This document shows, piece by piece, positions 19,507 through 30,119 of a stretch of DNA of 64,000 bases. The notes below the pieces were generated by a model. It was not told the origin of the DNA. It did no database searches and saw only the letters and a program-made list of their open reading frames with translations. The DNA is from an uncultured Enterobacteriaceae bacterium. Lineage in GTDB: Bacteria > Pseudomonadota > Gammaproteobacteria > Pseudomonadales > Pseudohongiellaceae. A program made the position numbers and the translations under genes. The stretch is taken from assembly GCA_964629325.1 (NCBI GenBank), contig CAZVSC010000001.1:74083-138082 (forward strand), written 5' to 3'. The number at the start of each line of letters is the position of its first letter. The first letter of the stretch is position 1.

Positions 19507-22205
19507 GCATCAATCCTTTCACCGATACGGCAGAGCGGGCCAAGGTGGCACCATGTACAGCTGCTGTTGACGGATTTTGGATCCACCGCCGCGTAGCCGG
19601 ACAGGAATTCGTTGGCAATCGCTGTCAGGGATTCCTGCCATGCAAGCCGGATTTGCTGCCAGTCATGGTCAGGGGCGGCGTTGCGCTTGCTGCCGAAATG
19701 GCTGCCAGGGTAAATCGTGTTGTCGTTGCTGATGCCTTTGTACCGTGTTTCCTCGACATTGACCTGGGCAATGAACAGGCCCGCGACTTTGGTGTCTACT
19801 GCGGCCTCCACCGCCAGCATGTAGAGCATGAGCTGCGGCTCGGTCTGACGCGGATCGAACCAGTTTATTTCATTGTTCCTGGGCGACTTGTAATCAACGA
19901 TGACCAGGTTGCCTTCAGGCGTTTCATCTACCCTGTCTATCCGCAGGTTGAGCGTCAGCCCGGCGTGCTGCCACTGTGTACGATATTCGCTTTCGAGCAC
20001 CTTGAAGACGCCGCGTTTCTTTTCTTCCTCAAGCCAGGCTGAAAGAAGATCGGACAAACGACGAATTTCCATGGCGTTGAATCTTGTTGTCATCGTGTGC
20101 CTGTAGAATCGCGCCTTGTTCTGGACAGCGTCGGCAACGGCGCTGTTGATTGCATTCGCCAGGGTATCGGGTGAGGCAGCCAACAGGTTTTCCTGGCTTT
20201 TCAGGGCACGCCAGAAACCTTCGAGTGATTCATGCAGGATGCTGCCGAGCACGTGACCTGGCAGGCCGATGAGAGGGGCGGGCAATGCTTCGGCACCCAG
20301 GCGATTTATGGCGAATGCCTTGAAGGGGCAATCCGCCTGGTTCGCCATCAGTGAGAAGCCCCCCGCAGGCTGCTCGGTTTCACCCAGCGCAATGAAAGGG
20401 ACCTCATCCAGGCAGTCCTGGACGCTATTGATTGCCTCTCCATAGCCAGGAAAACTGGCCCGGAAATTCTGGTTACCTGAAACATGCTCCCTGACACCCG
20501 GCAGCATCCCGGCCGGTTTCAGCGCGAGGTCTTCGTCCTGGCGCGGCCAGCTGAATACCATTTCGGTTTCGGTATGGCCAATGTAACGGGTGATTTGGTG
20601 CCGGGCGTTTTCGATCACGACATGCATATCGCTGCCCGGCATGGCTTGCTCCCGTTGCAGCGACAAGGGAATGAACGGGACTGGCCGGGCCGGTGGCGGC
20701 CATTGCTGCTCGGTCATGCCCATCATCCAGGTGTGCGTAAAGACCAGGCCATCTGCTTCTGTCGGCGACAGCACCTGTATCGGGGCGAGCTCATCACCAT
20801 CACCTGCATGGTTGCCGGCAAGGATCTGGCGGAGAATTCCAAGCGCCTGCCCCAGGGTCACTTTGCCATGCCATGAGGAAATCCGGGCGAAGGACTTGAG
20901 TGAGCCTGACCAGGCCCTGAGCTGATCGTATTCGGCCGGGTCCGGCTGCCGCGGACCAGGCCAGCCCAGGGCGGAAAGCTGGGCCTCGAACAGATTGCTC
21001 CAGTCCTGCAAAGTGGCGCTGTTCGGTTGCGCACGGCGCAGGGTATCCAGAGCCAGCAGGGCAGCCGCCAGTTGTTCACAGTGATAGTCGGCATCGCCAG
21101 TGTTGGCCAGGTCACGCACCCAGGCCATCTGGATTTTCATTTCACCGGTTTCCCGCAGTCGCCATTCCAGCCGGGCGCGACCACTTTCCTCAGCTGGCGT
21201 GCCGTGAATAAACGGTGACCTGAGCAGGCGACAGAATGCGAGGGTTTCGACCCAGGGGGTGTTAAGGGCCAGGATGTCGAGGGCACTGGCGATTAACGAG
21301 CAGTCGGACAAGGGCCGCGCTGAGGAGATACTGACTTCTGGCATACCGGATGCAAAATGTACTGCAGTGTCCGGATAAAGCATGTCACGGAACTCCCGCC
21401 TGATGGCATCGGTTCGACGTTGCAGATCGGGGCAAATGACGCCGATACGGGCCCGGCTGTCATTTTTCAGGATATCCCTGGCCCACTTTGCAGCCTGGTG
21501 TACTTCCTCGCCAGGGTCGCTCAAGTCCTGCAAGCGTAGAGCCGGTGCTAAGGGCGGCAGGTCGAAACGATCGACACTCTTGCTGCTTTCTATGAGCACC
21601 TCGAAAAGCAGGGCATACAGGGGGGGCGGGTTGTCGAATCCCGCCAGCATCACATGCCCAGGGCCTGCCAACTGGCCATCGGCCAGTCCCGTAATGACCG
21701 ACTCGACCATGGGTGACAGGCTGATGAGGTCATGGCGCCGGCAGAACGCCTCAAAGCTGTCGACCCAGGAAAGGAATGCACCCAGGTCATCGGGAATGCC
21801 GTCTGACTTCTGGAAATGGGCGAATTTGCGCACAGCCCGCATGTCGATGCGCCAGAGATGCGCCAATCGCCAGGCTTCCTGGACCGCATGCGCCGTAGCA
21901 TGCTGGTTTACCAGTCCGGCGCCGGCATCCGAATCCCTGACGATGTCCTGCCAGACCAGTGCCTCCAGTGCGGGTTCAAGGATGCCTGCACGTGCACCGG
22001 GGGCATGGTTCCAGAGATCGCGAAGCCAGATGTCCACGGGATAAACAGCAGGGGTCATGCAAACGGGCGGCATGTCACGGTATTGCCGCCATTGTCCGTA
22101 GACGGATTGCAGCTGCAGGCGTGTCCGATGGTTTGGTGTCAGCACAAGACTGCCCGAGTGCATGGCCTCCATAACCGGTGAAAAGATGTCGGACTGAAAT
22201 GCCAT
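19503..22205 (-). CDS. PD-(D/E)XK nuclease family protein, AddB-like, with a C-terminal Fe-S cysteine cluster
   Basis: ATG at 22205 (MAFQSDIFSPV...). The nuclease motif is RIDRVDETPEGNLVIVDYKS. Cysteines occur as ADCPFKAF ... SSCTWCHLGPLC (C...CxxCx5C, as in AddB). I see no Walker A. The stop overlaps the downstream helicase start (ATGA, 19503-19506). Confidence 0.8.
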   Translation of the reverse strand: MAFQSDIFSPVMEAMHSGSLVLTPNHRTRLQLQSVYGQWRQYRDMPPVCMTPAVYPVDIWLRDLWNHAPGARAGILEPALEALVWQDIVRDSDAGAGLVNQHATAHAVQEAWRLAHLWRIDMRAVRKFAHFQKSDGIPDDLGAFLSWVDSFEAFCRRHDLISLSPMVESVITGLADGQLAGPGHVMLAGFDNPPPLYALLFEVLIESSKSVDRFDLPPLAPALRLQDLSDPGEEVHQAAKWARDILKNDSRARIGVICPDLQRRTDAIRREFRDMLYPDTAVHFASGMPEVSISSARPLSDCSLIASALDILALNTPWVETLAFCRLLRSPFIHGTPAEESGRARLEWRLRETGEMKIQMAWVRDLANTGDADYHCEQLAAALLALDTLRRAQPNSATLQDWSNLFEAQLSALGWPGPRQPDPAEYDQLRAWSGSLKSFARISSWHGKVTLGQALGILRQILAGNHAGDGDELAPIQVLSPTEADGLVFTHTWMMGMTEQQWPPPARPVPFIPLSLQREQAMPGSDMHVVIENARHQITRYIGHTETEMVFSWPRQDEDLALKPAGMLPGVREHVSGNQNFRASFPGYGEAINSVQDCLDEVPFIALGETEQPAGGFSLMANQADCPFKAFAINRLGAEALPAPLIGLPGHVLGSILHESLEGFWRALKSQENLLAASPDTLANAINSAVADAVQNKARFYRHTMTTRFNAMEIRRLSDLLSAWLEEEKKRGVFKVLESEYRTQWQHAGLTLNLRIDRVDETPEGNLVIVDYKSPRNNEINWFDPRQTEPQLMLYMLAVEAAVDTKVAGLFIAQVNVEETRYKGISNDNTIYPGSHFGSKRNAAPDHDWQQIRLAWQESLTAIANEFLSGYAAVDPKSVNSSCTWCHLGPLCRIGERIDA

Positions 22206-22239
22206 GTGCCGGTTTTTGCGGTGGTTTACCTGTTGCGGG

Positions 22240-23898
22240 TTACATATTGGGGTAATTGGGTCCGCCGCTGCCTTCAGGGGCAACCCAGGTGATATTCTGC
22301 GTGGGATCCTTGATGTCGCAGGTCTTGCAGTGAACACAGTTCTGGGCATTGATCTGGAAACGGGTCTCGATATCGCTGCGGACGATTTCATATACACCGG
22401 CGGGGCAGTAGCGCTGGGCAGGTTCGTCGAATTCCGCGAGATTGAAGGTCAGTGGGGTATCTGCATCCGCCAGGAGCAGGTGGCAGGGCTGGTCTTCCTC
22501 GTGGTTGGTATTTGACAGGTAGACTGAGCTCAGCCGGTCGAAACTGAATGTATTGTCGGGTTGCGGATAACGTATTCGCGGGCTGTCCTCGGCGGAGTGC
22601 AACGTGGCATGGTCGGGAATCGTGTCCTTCAGCGTGAAAGGCAGCCGGCCGCGAAACAGCGCCTGATCGACGAAGCTGAAGGCAGCCCCCAGCAGGGTGC
22701 CGAAACGGTGCATGGCCGGTGCGACGTTGCGCGCCCGATTCAGTTCAGCGTACAGCCAGGAGCGGCGCACGTTGCCGGGGTAAGTGACCAGGACCCGGTC
22801 CGCGGGGTTACGGTCGCCCTGGAGTGCGGCAAAAATACTTTCAGCGGCAAGCATGCCGGATTTCATTGCTGTATGCGTACCCTTGAGCTTCAGGAAGTTG
22901 AGAAAACCGGCATCGTCTCCGGCAAGGACACCACCGGGAAAGGCGAGAGCCGGTAGCGACTGCAAACCTCCTTTGGTGAGGGCGCGGGCACCGTAAGAAA
23001 TCCGCTTGCCGCCCTCCAGCACGCGCCTGAACAAGGGGTGATGCTTCATGCGCTGGAACTCATCGAAAGGGCTGAGCCAGGGGTTGCTGTAATTAAGATC
23101 GGTGATCAGGCCGACGGCGACCTGGTTGTTGTCCAGGTGATACAGGAAGCTGCCTCCCGTCGTTTTACCCATGCCGAGGGGCCAACCCAGGCCATGGATA
23201 ATTTTACCGGGTTCGTGCACCCCTGAAGGAACCTCCCAGAGCTCCTTGACACCCAAGCCGTAATGTTGCGGCTGGCGCTTCCTGTCGAGGCCGAATTTCT
23301 CGATCAGTTGCTTTCCCAGGTGACCGCGGCAGCCCTCGGCGAATACCGTGTATTTCGCCTGCAGTTCGTATCCCGCCTCGAAGCCCGGTTTTTCCTTGCC
23401 CGACCTGTCACGACCCATGTCACCGGTGGCGACCCCGATAACGGCACCCTCCTGGTCATAAAGAATTTCTGCAGCGGCAAAACCGGCGAATAACTGCACC
23501 CCGAGGCTTTCAGCCTGTTCACCGAGCCATCGGCACAGGTTGCCCAGACTGATCACATGATTGCCCTTGTTGTGCAGGTCCCCCGGGATGAAGAAATCGG
23601 GCAGCTTCATCGAACCCGTCCCGTTGAACAACAAGTGTATTTCTTCCTCGGTAACGGGCACGGTGACTGGCGCGCCCATGGCCTGCCAGTCGGGAAAAAG
23701 TTCATCGAGCGCACGCTGGTCAAGTACGGCACCGGACAGGATGTGGGCACCGATTTCCGAGCCTTTCTCGATCAGGCAAATTTCGAGGGTGACCTCATGT
23801 TCCCGGCAGAGTTGAGCCAGTTTGCACGCTGTGGCAAGGCCGGCAGGGCCGCCGCCCACGATGACCACATCGAAGGGCATAACTTCGCGGTGAGACAA
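22240..23898 (-). CDS. Electron-transfer flavoprotein:ubiquinone oxidoreductase (ETF-QO)
   Basis: 552 aa. It has the FAD fold [13 protein letters not shown] and the C-terminal ferredoxin-like motif [12 protein letters not shown]...[12 protein letters not shown]. The track start is TTG; an alternative ATG lies at 23880. Confidence 0.92.
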   Translation of the reverse strand: MSHREVMPFDVVIVGGGPAGLATACKLAQLCREHEVTLEICLIEKGSEIGAHILSGAVLDQRALDELFPDWQAMGAPVTVPVTEEEIHLLFNGTGSMKLPDFFIPGDLHNKGNHVISLGNLCRWLGEQAESLGVQLFAGFAAAEILYDQEGAVIGVATGDMGRDRSGKEKPGFEAGYELQAKYTVFAEGCRGHLGKQLIEKFGLDRKRQPQHYGLGVKELWEVPSGVHEPGKIIHGLGWPLGMGKTTGGSFLYHLDNNQVAVGLITDLNYSNPWLSPFDEFQRMKHHPLFRRVLEGGKRISYGARALTKGGLQSLPALAFPGGVLAGDDAGFLNFLKLKGTHTAMKSGMLAAESIFAALQGDRNPADRVLVTYPGNVRRSWLYAELNRARNVAPAMHRFGTLLGAAFSFVDQALFRGRLPFTLKDTIPDHATLHSAEDSPRIRYPQPDNTFSFDRLSSVYLSNTNHEEDQPCHLLLADADTPLTFNLAEFDEPAQRYCPAGVYEIVRSDIETRFQINAQNCVHCKTCDIKDPTQNITWVAPEGSGGPNYPNM

Positions 23899-23942
23899 GA
23901 TGAATTCTTCCGTTCAAGAGACTTTTTTATTCTACCCCATTA

Positions 23943-23964
23943 TAATTGGCCTCTTTGCCAATTA
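23943..23964. promoter_or_regulatory. Perfect inverted repeat TAATTGGC-N6-GCCAATTA in the divergent ETF-QO / etfBA promoter region
   Basis: Read directly from the sequence. It overlaps a TATAAT hexamer at 23941-23946. Confidence 0.3.
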
Positions 23965-24018
23965 CACAAGAATCTCAGAATCGCCCGGCCAGCCAGGCAC
24001 AATCGATCCGCACATTCC

Positions 24019-24771
24019 ATGAAAATCCTCGTTCCCGTCAAGCGTGTAGTCGACGCCAACGTCAAGGTGCGCGTATCAGCTGACAATTCATCCATCGATC
24101 TCAGCAACGTCAAAATGGCGATGAACCCCTTTTGTGAAATCGCGGTGGAAGAAGCCGTTCGCCTGAAAGAGCGGGGCGTGGCAACCGAGATCGTTGCTGT
24201 CACCGTTGGCGACGAAAAAAGCCAGGAGCAATTGCGTACCGCCATGGCATTGGGCGCCGACCGCAGCATCTGGGTCGAGCAGGCCGGTTTCGTCGAGCCC
24301 CTGGCCGTCGCGAAATTGCTGAAAGCCGTCGTCGATCGTGAGATGCCAGACCTGGTAATTCTTGGCAAGCAGAGCATCGACGGTGACAACAACCAGGTGG
24401 GACAGATGCTGGCAGCGCTTTGCGACATGCCGCAGGGTACCTTTGCCTTTCACTTGTCCATCGAAAACGGACGCGCGCTGGTCAGTCGCGAAGTGGACGG
24501 GGGCGAACAGGTTGTCAGCCTCTCCCTGCCAGCCGTGGTCACCACCGACCTGCGCCTGAATGAACCCCGTTACGCCAAGCTGCCGGACATCATGAAGGCG
24601 AAAAAGAAGCCCCTGGACAAGATCACGCCTGCAGAACTGGGTGTAACCGTCAGCAGCAGCATGACCACCATTGCAGTGCATGAGCCACCGGGTCGCAAGG
24701 CCGGCATCATCGTCGGCAGCACCGCTGAGCTGGTCGACAAACTGCGCAATGAAGCCAAGGTGATTCCCTGA
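24019..24771 (+). CDS. etfB: Electron transfer flavoprotein, beta subunit
   Basis: ATG at 24019 gives [19 protein letters not shown]..., the canonical EtfB N-terminus. The track ORF from 23557 is a 5' over-extension that reads antisense through ETF-QO. Confidence 0.93.
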   Translation: MKILVPVKRVVDANVKVRVSADNSSIDLSNVKMAMNPFCEIAVEEAVRLKERGVATEIVAVTVGDEKSQEQLRTAMALGADRSIWVEQAGFVEPLAVAKLLKAVVDREMPDLVILGKQSIDGDNNQVGQMLAALCDMPQGTFAFHLSIENGRALVSREVDGGEQVVSLSLPAVVTTDLRLNEPRYAKLPDIMKAKKKPLDKITPAELGVTVSSSMTTIAVHEPPGRKAGIIVGSTAELVDKLRNEAKVIP

Positions 24772-24797
24772 CGCTTGAGGGGACAACAGGACAAGCC

Positions 24798-25724
24798 ATG
24801 AGCGTACTGGTAATCGCCGAACACAATAACGCAACTCTCAACCCTGTCACCGCGAGCGTCGTTGCCGCGGCCGTACAACTTGATGCTGACATACATGTGC
24901 TGGTGGCCGGCAGCGACTGCAGCGCAGTGGCGACGGCCGCAGGCCAGTACCAGGGGGTTAGCAGGGTCCTCGTCGCTGATAATGCGGCCTATGCTAACCA
25001 GCTTGCCGAAGCTGTCGCGCCGCTTGTCAGCAGTATTGCCGCTGATTACACGGCCATACTTGCAGCCGCCGGCACCACAGGCAAGAACCTGATGCCTCGC
25101 CTTGCCGCACTGCTGGATGCTGGACAGTTGTCCGATATCGTCGCAATCGAGGCGCAGGACACGTTCATTCGGCCAATCTATGCCGGCAATGCCTTGGCAA
25201 CGGTGAGAACGGCTGACACCGTGAAAATTCTGACCGTGCGTACATCGGCCTTCGAACCTGTCGGGACCGGAAACAACGCCGACCAGATGACGCTGGACAC
25301 GGTCATCTCACAAAACAAAAGCATGTTTATCAGTGAGAACCTCAGCACAAGTGAGCGTCCGGAACTGGCATCTGCGAGCATCGTGGTATCCGGTGGTCGC
25401 GGTCTTGGCAGCGCCGGGAACTTTCAACTGCTTGAACGGATAGCCGACAAGCTTGGTGCAGCGGTCGGCGCTTCCCGGGCAGCGGTGGATGCAGGGTTTG
25501 TCGGCAATGACCTGCAGGTCGGGCAGACCGGCAAGATCGTGGCTCCTGAGCTCTATATAGCCGTAGGTATCTCCGGCGCCATCCAGCACCTGGCCGGCAT
25601 GAAGGACAGCAAGGTCATCGTCGCCATCAACATTGATGCCGATGCGCCGATTTTCCAGGTAGCGGACTACGGCCTCGTGGCGGACCTGTTTCAGGTGCTG
25701 CCTGAACTGGAATCCCTGCTCTGA
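24798..25724 (+). CDS. etfA: Electron transfer flavoprotein, alpha subunit
   Basis: 308 aa. It starts [11 protein letters not shown] and has the FAD-binding C-terminal region [10 protein letters not shown]...[19 protein letters not shown]. Confidence 0.93.
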   Translation: MSVLVIAEHNNATLNPVTASVVAAAVQLDADIHVLVAGSDCSAVATAAGQYQGVSRVLVADNAAYANQLAEAVAPLVSSIAADYTAILAAAGTTGKNLMPRLAALLDAGQLSDIVAIEAQDTFIRPIYAGNALATVRTADTVKILTVRTSAFEPVGTGNNADQMTLDTVISQNKSMFISENLSTSERPELASASIVVSGGRGLGSAGNFQLLERIADKLGAAVGASRAAVDAGFVGNDLQVGQTGKIVAPELYIAVGISGAIQHLAGMKDSKVIVAINIDADAPIFQVADYGLVADLFQVLPELESLL

Positions 25725-25842
25725 GGCGGGGCTGGTACCGCTCTTCAAGTTTCCCGGGTAATAATCCTATAATCATGGCACTCTAGCCGGTGTCTACACC
25801 GGTGTATATTTTGCCGGCCAACTATCTTTACAGGAGCATTCC

Positions 25843-26442
25843 ATGCCTTCGTGCCAGTCTTATCTTTCCGCTGCAGTATCGTTATTTGTCCTGCCCCTGA
25901 TTTTCAGCCAGCCTGTGCAGGCCGGCTGGGCCCTGGATGGCGGCGCTTCCAGCCTGTATTACGTGACCAGCAAGGCTGCCGCGGTTTCTGAACTGAATTC
26001 CTTCGGGGAGCTTTCCGGCAATATTGCCGATGACGGCAGTGCCAGTGTCAGCATCATGCTGGGCAGTGTCGATACGGCCATTGATATCCGCAATGAACGG
26101 ATGCGGGAGATCGTTTTCCAGGTGGCGACTTATCCCCTGGCGACGGTATCGTTGTCAGCCGATGCAGCGCAGCTGAACAACATGTCCGCAGGAGACACAG
26201 TCAGGACAACCGTTGAGGCCATGCTGGATCTACACGGCATGATGCAGCCGCTGACACTGGATGTGGTGATTACCGGACTGAAAGAGGGCGGACTGCAGGT
26301 TTCCCTGGCCCGCCCCCTGATCCTGAATGCGTCAACCTTCGGACTTGCCGAAAGCGTTGAGCAGCTGCGCGAAATCGCCGGACTGCCGAGCATCAACAAC
26401 AACGTGGTTGTCGATTTTACCCTGCAGTTCGACGCCGACTAA
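25843..26442 (+). CDS. YceI-family periplasmic protein
   Basis: 199 aa with a signal peptide, then [14 protein letters not shown] and a lipocalin-like YceI pattern ([12 protein letters not shown]). Confidence 0.7.
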   Translation: MPSCQSYLSAAVSLFVLPLIFSQPVQAGWALDGGASSLYYVTSKAAAVSELNSFGELSGNIADDGSASVSIMLGSVDTAIDIRNERMREIVFQVATYPLATVSLSADAAQLNNMSAGDTVRTTVEAMLDLHGMMQPLTLDVVITGLKEGGLQVSLARPLILNASTFGLAESVEQLREIAGLPSINNNVVVDFTLQFDAD

Positions 26443-29219
26443 TCGCCTGAGCGGACCTCATCGAGGTCCGCGCTTCCTGCACCAGGTGACGAAGCAGCCC
26501 GGGTGGAGGCTTCTGCTCCCTGGTCATCAGACACATCCTGTGCAACAGGCTTTGCTGCGGTACTGCCTGGTTCTGCACTGGCCTCGTGATTGCTCTGATG
26601 GCTGCTTTCTTCGCTGCTTACCTGACGGCTTTCACTTGCACTTGCCGCAGATGTCGATTCAGCGTGCATGCGGTTGCGTGGATCGTTCGGTGCACGCTGG
26701 CGTTCCCGCTTCGGGGGAGGCGACTGCTGTGAAACCGGTGCGGGCTCTGGACGGGGCTGTTCGGCGCCTTGAGCGCTCCCGGCATCCTGCTGCCCGATTG
26801 CCTGTGCAGCCGGTTTAGCTTCCTGCACGGGTTTTTCCACAAGGTCTGCAACAGCTGCAGGTTTGACTGAATCAGCAGCTGCCTGTTCAGGTTTGCCTGA
26901 TTCCTGCGCAGCAGGAGCAGCATCTTCATGCCGTGGTTCTGGTTCCCGTACGCTCATCGCCGGCTGCTGTTCATTAGTCGATTGTGTGTCTGCGACCGGC
27001 GCATCGTTAGTCTGGATTGCTGCGACGGCATTCTCATTGTCTGCTGCCTGAGCAACTTCCTGCTGAGGTGCATCCTCGCGGTTGCCACGGCGACGCTGCC
27101 TGGGCTGGCGCTGACGCTGTTCTGCCGGGCGCTTCCGGGGCTTGTCCCTGGTCTCGGCCGTGTCATTTGCAGAGGCTTCTGCGGGTGTCTGCTGATCCGC
27201 CTTCTCCTGGCCTGCTGCAGCGGACTGGCCGCCCTTGCCGCGGGAGTGCTTGCGACCACTGCCTTTGCGGCCTTCACGCCCTTCACGGCCCTCGCGGGGC
27301 TCACGCTTACCCTGATCCCTGGTCTGATCCTTGCCGGATTCCTGGTCTGACTCTGCTCGCGACTGGCCTCTCTCCTTTCTGGCGCCGTCCCTGCCGCCTT
27401 CGGATCTCCGTGCGGGCTTCTTCCTGCCGCCTTCACCGCGGGCAGGGCGCTTGCGGCCGCGATCACTTTTCCGTTCCGGCTTGGCCGTACCCTTGGCTTC
27501 GGCAGCAGCCTTTTCCTTGCTGCTGTCACTGGCGGATGAACTGAACAGGCTGCCGATGGCAGCGCTGATGCTGGACAACAGGCCGCCGCTGCTCTTGGGT
27601 GCGGCGGCAGGAGCGACCGGCTGCATCGCCGGGGCTATTTGTGGTGCCTGGACAGCCGGCTGCATGGCCACTTCCGGTTTTTTCGGCATGAATTCGCTGA
27701 TTTCCTCTTCATCTTCCGGGCGAATGTCATAACTGCGTTCACCGGTGTCGTCAGAGATGTTTTGCACTTCATAGTGCGGAGTGTCCATGTTCGGGTTGGC
27801 AATCACCACGACCTTGGTCTTGCTCTGGAGCTCGATGGCACCGATGGCATCACGCTTTTCATTGAGCAGGTACGAGGAAACGCTGATCGGCACGATGGCA
27901 CGGACTTCCCTTGAGTTGTTCTTGTTGGCTTCCTCTTCCAGAAGCCTGAGGATGGACAGTGCCAGTGATTCGATATCGCGGATGGTACCCTGGCCATTGC
28001 AACGCGGGCAGACGATGGCACTGGTTTCACCGAGTGACGGGCGCAGGCGCTGCCTGGACATTTCCAGCAGTCCAAAACGGGAAATACGACCGATCTGGAC
28101 GCGCGCCCGGTCCATGGCGAGAGCATCGCGCATGCGGTTTTCCACTTCACGCTGGTTCTTCTGGGACATCATGTCGATGAAATCAATGACCGCGAGGCCG
28201 CCAAGGTCACGCAAGCGCATCTGGCGGGCTATTTCATCGGCCGCCTCAAGGTTGGTCTGCAAGGCGGTTTCCTCGATGTCGGCACCGCGGGTGGCGCGCG
28301 AGGAGTTGATATCGATCGAAATCAGGGCCTCGGTCGGATCAATGACGATGGAGCCCCCCGACGGCAGTTTCACTTCGCGCTGGAAGGCAGTCTCGATCTG
28401 CGTCTCTATCTGGTAGTTGGTGAAAAGGGGCACTTTGCCTTCGTAAAGTTTGACCCGCTCCTCAAACTGCGGCATCACCTGCCGAATAAAAGTCTTGGCT
28501 TCCTCGAAGGTCTTGGGGGTATCCAGGATCACCTCGCCGATGTCCCCGCGCAGGTAGTCGCGAATGGCCCGCAGGATGACGTTGCTTTCCTGGAATATCA
28601 GGAAGGGGGCATCACGTTCCTCGGAGGCGGCCTTGATGGAAGTCCAGAGCTGGAGGAGATAATCGAGGTCCCACTGCAGTTCTTCAGGGGCCTTGCCAAC
28701 ACCGGCAGTGCGCACGATCACGCCCATGCCGTCCGGAATAGTGATACTGTCGAGGGCATCGCGCAATTCGGCACGGTCATCGCCTTCGATCCGGCGCGAA
28801 ATGCCGCCGGCCCGCGGATTGTTCGGCATCAGAACCAGGTACCGGCCGGCGAGGGAGATCATCGTGGTGAGGGCTGCGCCCTTGTTGCCGCGCTCTTCCT
28901 TATCAACCTGGACGACAACTTCGATACCTTCCTGGATGACATCCTTGATATTGATGCGGCCATTGATTTCGTTCGGCTGCCTGGAGAAATACTCCCTGGA
29001 GATCTCCTTCAGGGGCAGGAAGCCGTGGCGGTCAGCGCCGAAATTGACGAAAGCCGCCTCGAGGCTGGGTTCGATACGGGTGATCCGGCCCTTGTAGATA
29101 TTGGCCTTTTTCTGGACCCTGGCGCGGTTCTCGATATCCAGGTCATAAAGGCGCTGGCCATCGACCATCGCTACGCGCAACTCTTCTTTCTGAGTTGCAT
29201 TGATAAGCATTCTTTTCAT
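26439..29219 (-). CDS. rne: Ribonuclease E
   Basis: 926 aa. The N-terminus is [30 protein letters not shown] and an S1 domain with [18 protein letters not shown] follows. The zinc-link CPRCNG is present. The C-terminal half is Arg/Glu/Ala/Pro-rich and low complexity. It is divergent from rluC, as in E. coli. Confidence 0.97.
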   Translation of the reverse strand: MKRMLINATQKEELRVAMVDGQRLYDLDIENRARVQKKANIYKGRITRIEPSLEAAFVNFGADRHGFLPLKEISREYFSRQPNEINGRINIKDVIQEGIEVVVQVDKEERGNKGAALTTMISLAGRYLVLMPNNPRAGGISRRIEGDDRAELRDALDSITIPDGMGVIVRTAGVGKAPEELQWDLDYLLQLWTSIKAASEERDAPFLIFQESNVILRAIRDYLRGDIGEVILDTPKTFEEAKTFIRQVMPQFEERVKLYEGKVPLFTNYQIETQIETAFQREVKLPSGGSIVIDPTEALISIDINSSRATRGADIEETALQTNLEAADEIARQMRLRDLGGLAVIDFIDMMSQKNQREVENRMRDALAMDRARVQIGRISRFGLLEMSRQRLRPSLGETSAIVCPRCNGQGTIRDIESLALSILRLLEEEANKNNSREVRAIVPISVSSYLLNEKRDAIGAIELQSKTKVVVIANPNMDTPHYEVQNISDDTGERSYDIRPEDEEEISEFMPKKPEVAMQPAVQAPQIAPAMQPVAPAAAPKSSGGLLSSISAAIGSLFSSSASDSSKEKAAAEAKGTAKPERKSDRGRKRPARGEGGRKKPARRSEGGRDGARKERGQSRAESDQESGKDQTRDQGKREPREGREGREGRKGSGRKHSRGKGGQSAAAGQEKADQQTPAEASANDTAETRDKPRKRPAEQRQRQPRQRRRGNREDAPQQEVAQAADNENAVAAIQTNDAPVADTQSTNEQQPAMSVREPEPRHEDAAPAAQESGKPEQAAADSVKPAAVADLVEKPVQEAKPAAQAIGQQDAGSAQGAEQPRPEPAPVSQQSPPPKRERQRAPNDPRNRMHAESTSAASASESRQVSSEESSHQSNHEASAEPGSTAAKPVAQDVSDDQGAEASTRAASSPGAGSADLDEVRSGD

Positions 29220-29620
29220 TACCGTTTACTACTCCGTGCTAGGGAGAGCAGGGTAAAAGATGCTTGACAGAATAGATTAAGAAATAGCTATAAACATTTG
29301 AAATTTGAGAAAAATATCTCTGCAGAATAGCGTTGAAGCGATACCGCAAGGGCATTGGAAGGGCTGGCAAAGCCTGTATTGGTGGACAGAAGGCGGATTT
29401 CCGCCATCACTGTCTGGTCTGTGTTCTTTACTCCGCCGGGAGCTTGCTCACCGGAGGGGCAATACTGCAGGCACTTGCCCTGTCTTGCTAACATCTGTTG
29501 CCGCCGAATTGATCTGGCGGGTTGCTGTTCCTGTTTGCTGTCGGCTTTGCCGGCTACCTGGATCAGCGTGGTGCTGTCAGTGTTCTACTTGCCTTTCGAA
29601 TGCTATTGGCTGCTTATCAC
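29220..29620 (-). promoter_or_regulatory. Putative long structured 5' leader of rne. The extent is a guess.
   Basis: The non-coding spacer to rluC is about 0.9 kb and contains many local GC hairpins. E. coli rne has a roughly 360-nt autoregulatory leader. No boundaries can be read from the sequence alone. Confidence 0.35.
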
Positions 29621-30119
29621 GCGGTCAGTTTATTGGCTGGTATCCGCAGATAATCTCTCTCTCATACTTGTTCGTGCTTTCCTGTTCTCCTGACCGCGGG
29701 GCGGTACCGAATCTGTCTAAGCGGGTTGTTCACTCTTTTACCCGGCTATCCCGGGATTAATCAGGCCCTTGCGGGCGTTTAAAATTGTTTGCGGATTCAC
29801 CGCTGTCACTAGGCCATGGCCTGCGCGTCTTGTCCCTTTGGAGTTGGCGACGGGGCCCGGCTGAATTCTTTGCTGTTTCTGTTTGTTCTGTTTCCTTTCA
29901 GGTAACTGATTGTTTTTTCGACTTTAAGGCTGCCGAAGCTTGTACTGGTAAGCCGGACCCGGGCTGCTTTTGCACGCAGGGCGGGCGACTTATGTTTTTT
30001 TGGCTGCGGGTTTCATTTCCCGCCCGTGGGCGGCGCAGCAACCAAATGCCGAATATATCAGTAAATTATAAGGGCTTCAATGGTTTACGAAGTGTAATTG
30101 CAGTGTCACTGAAACTCCC

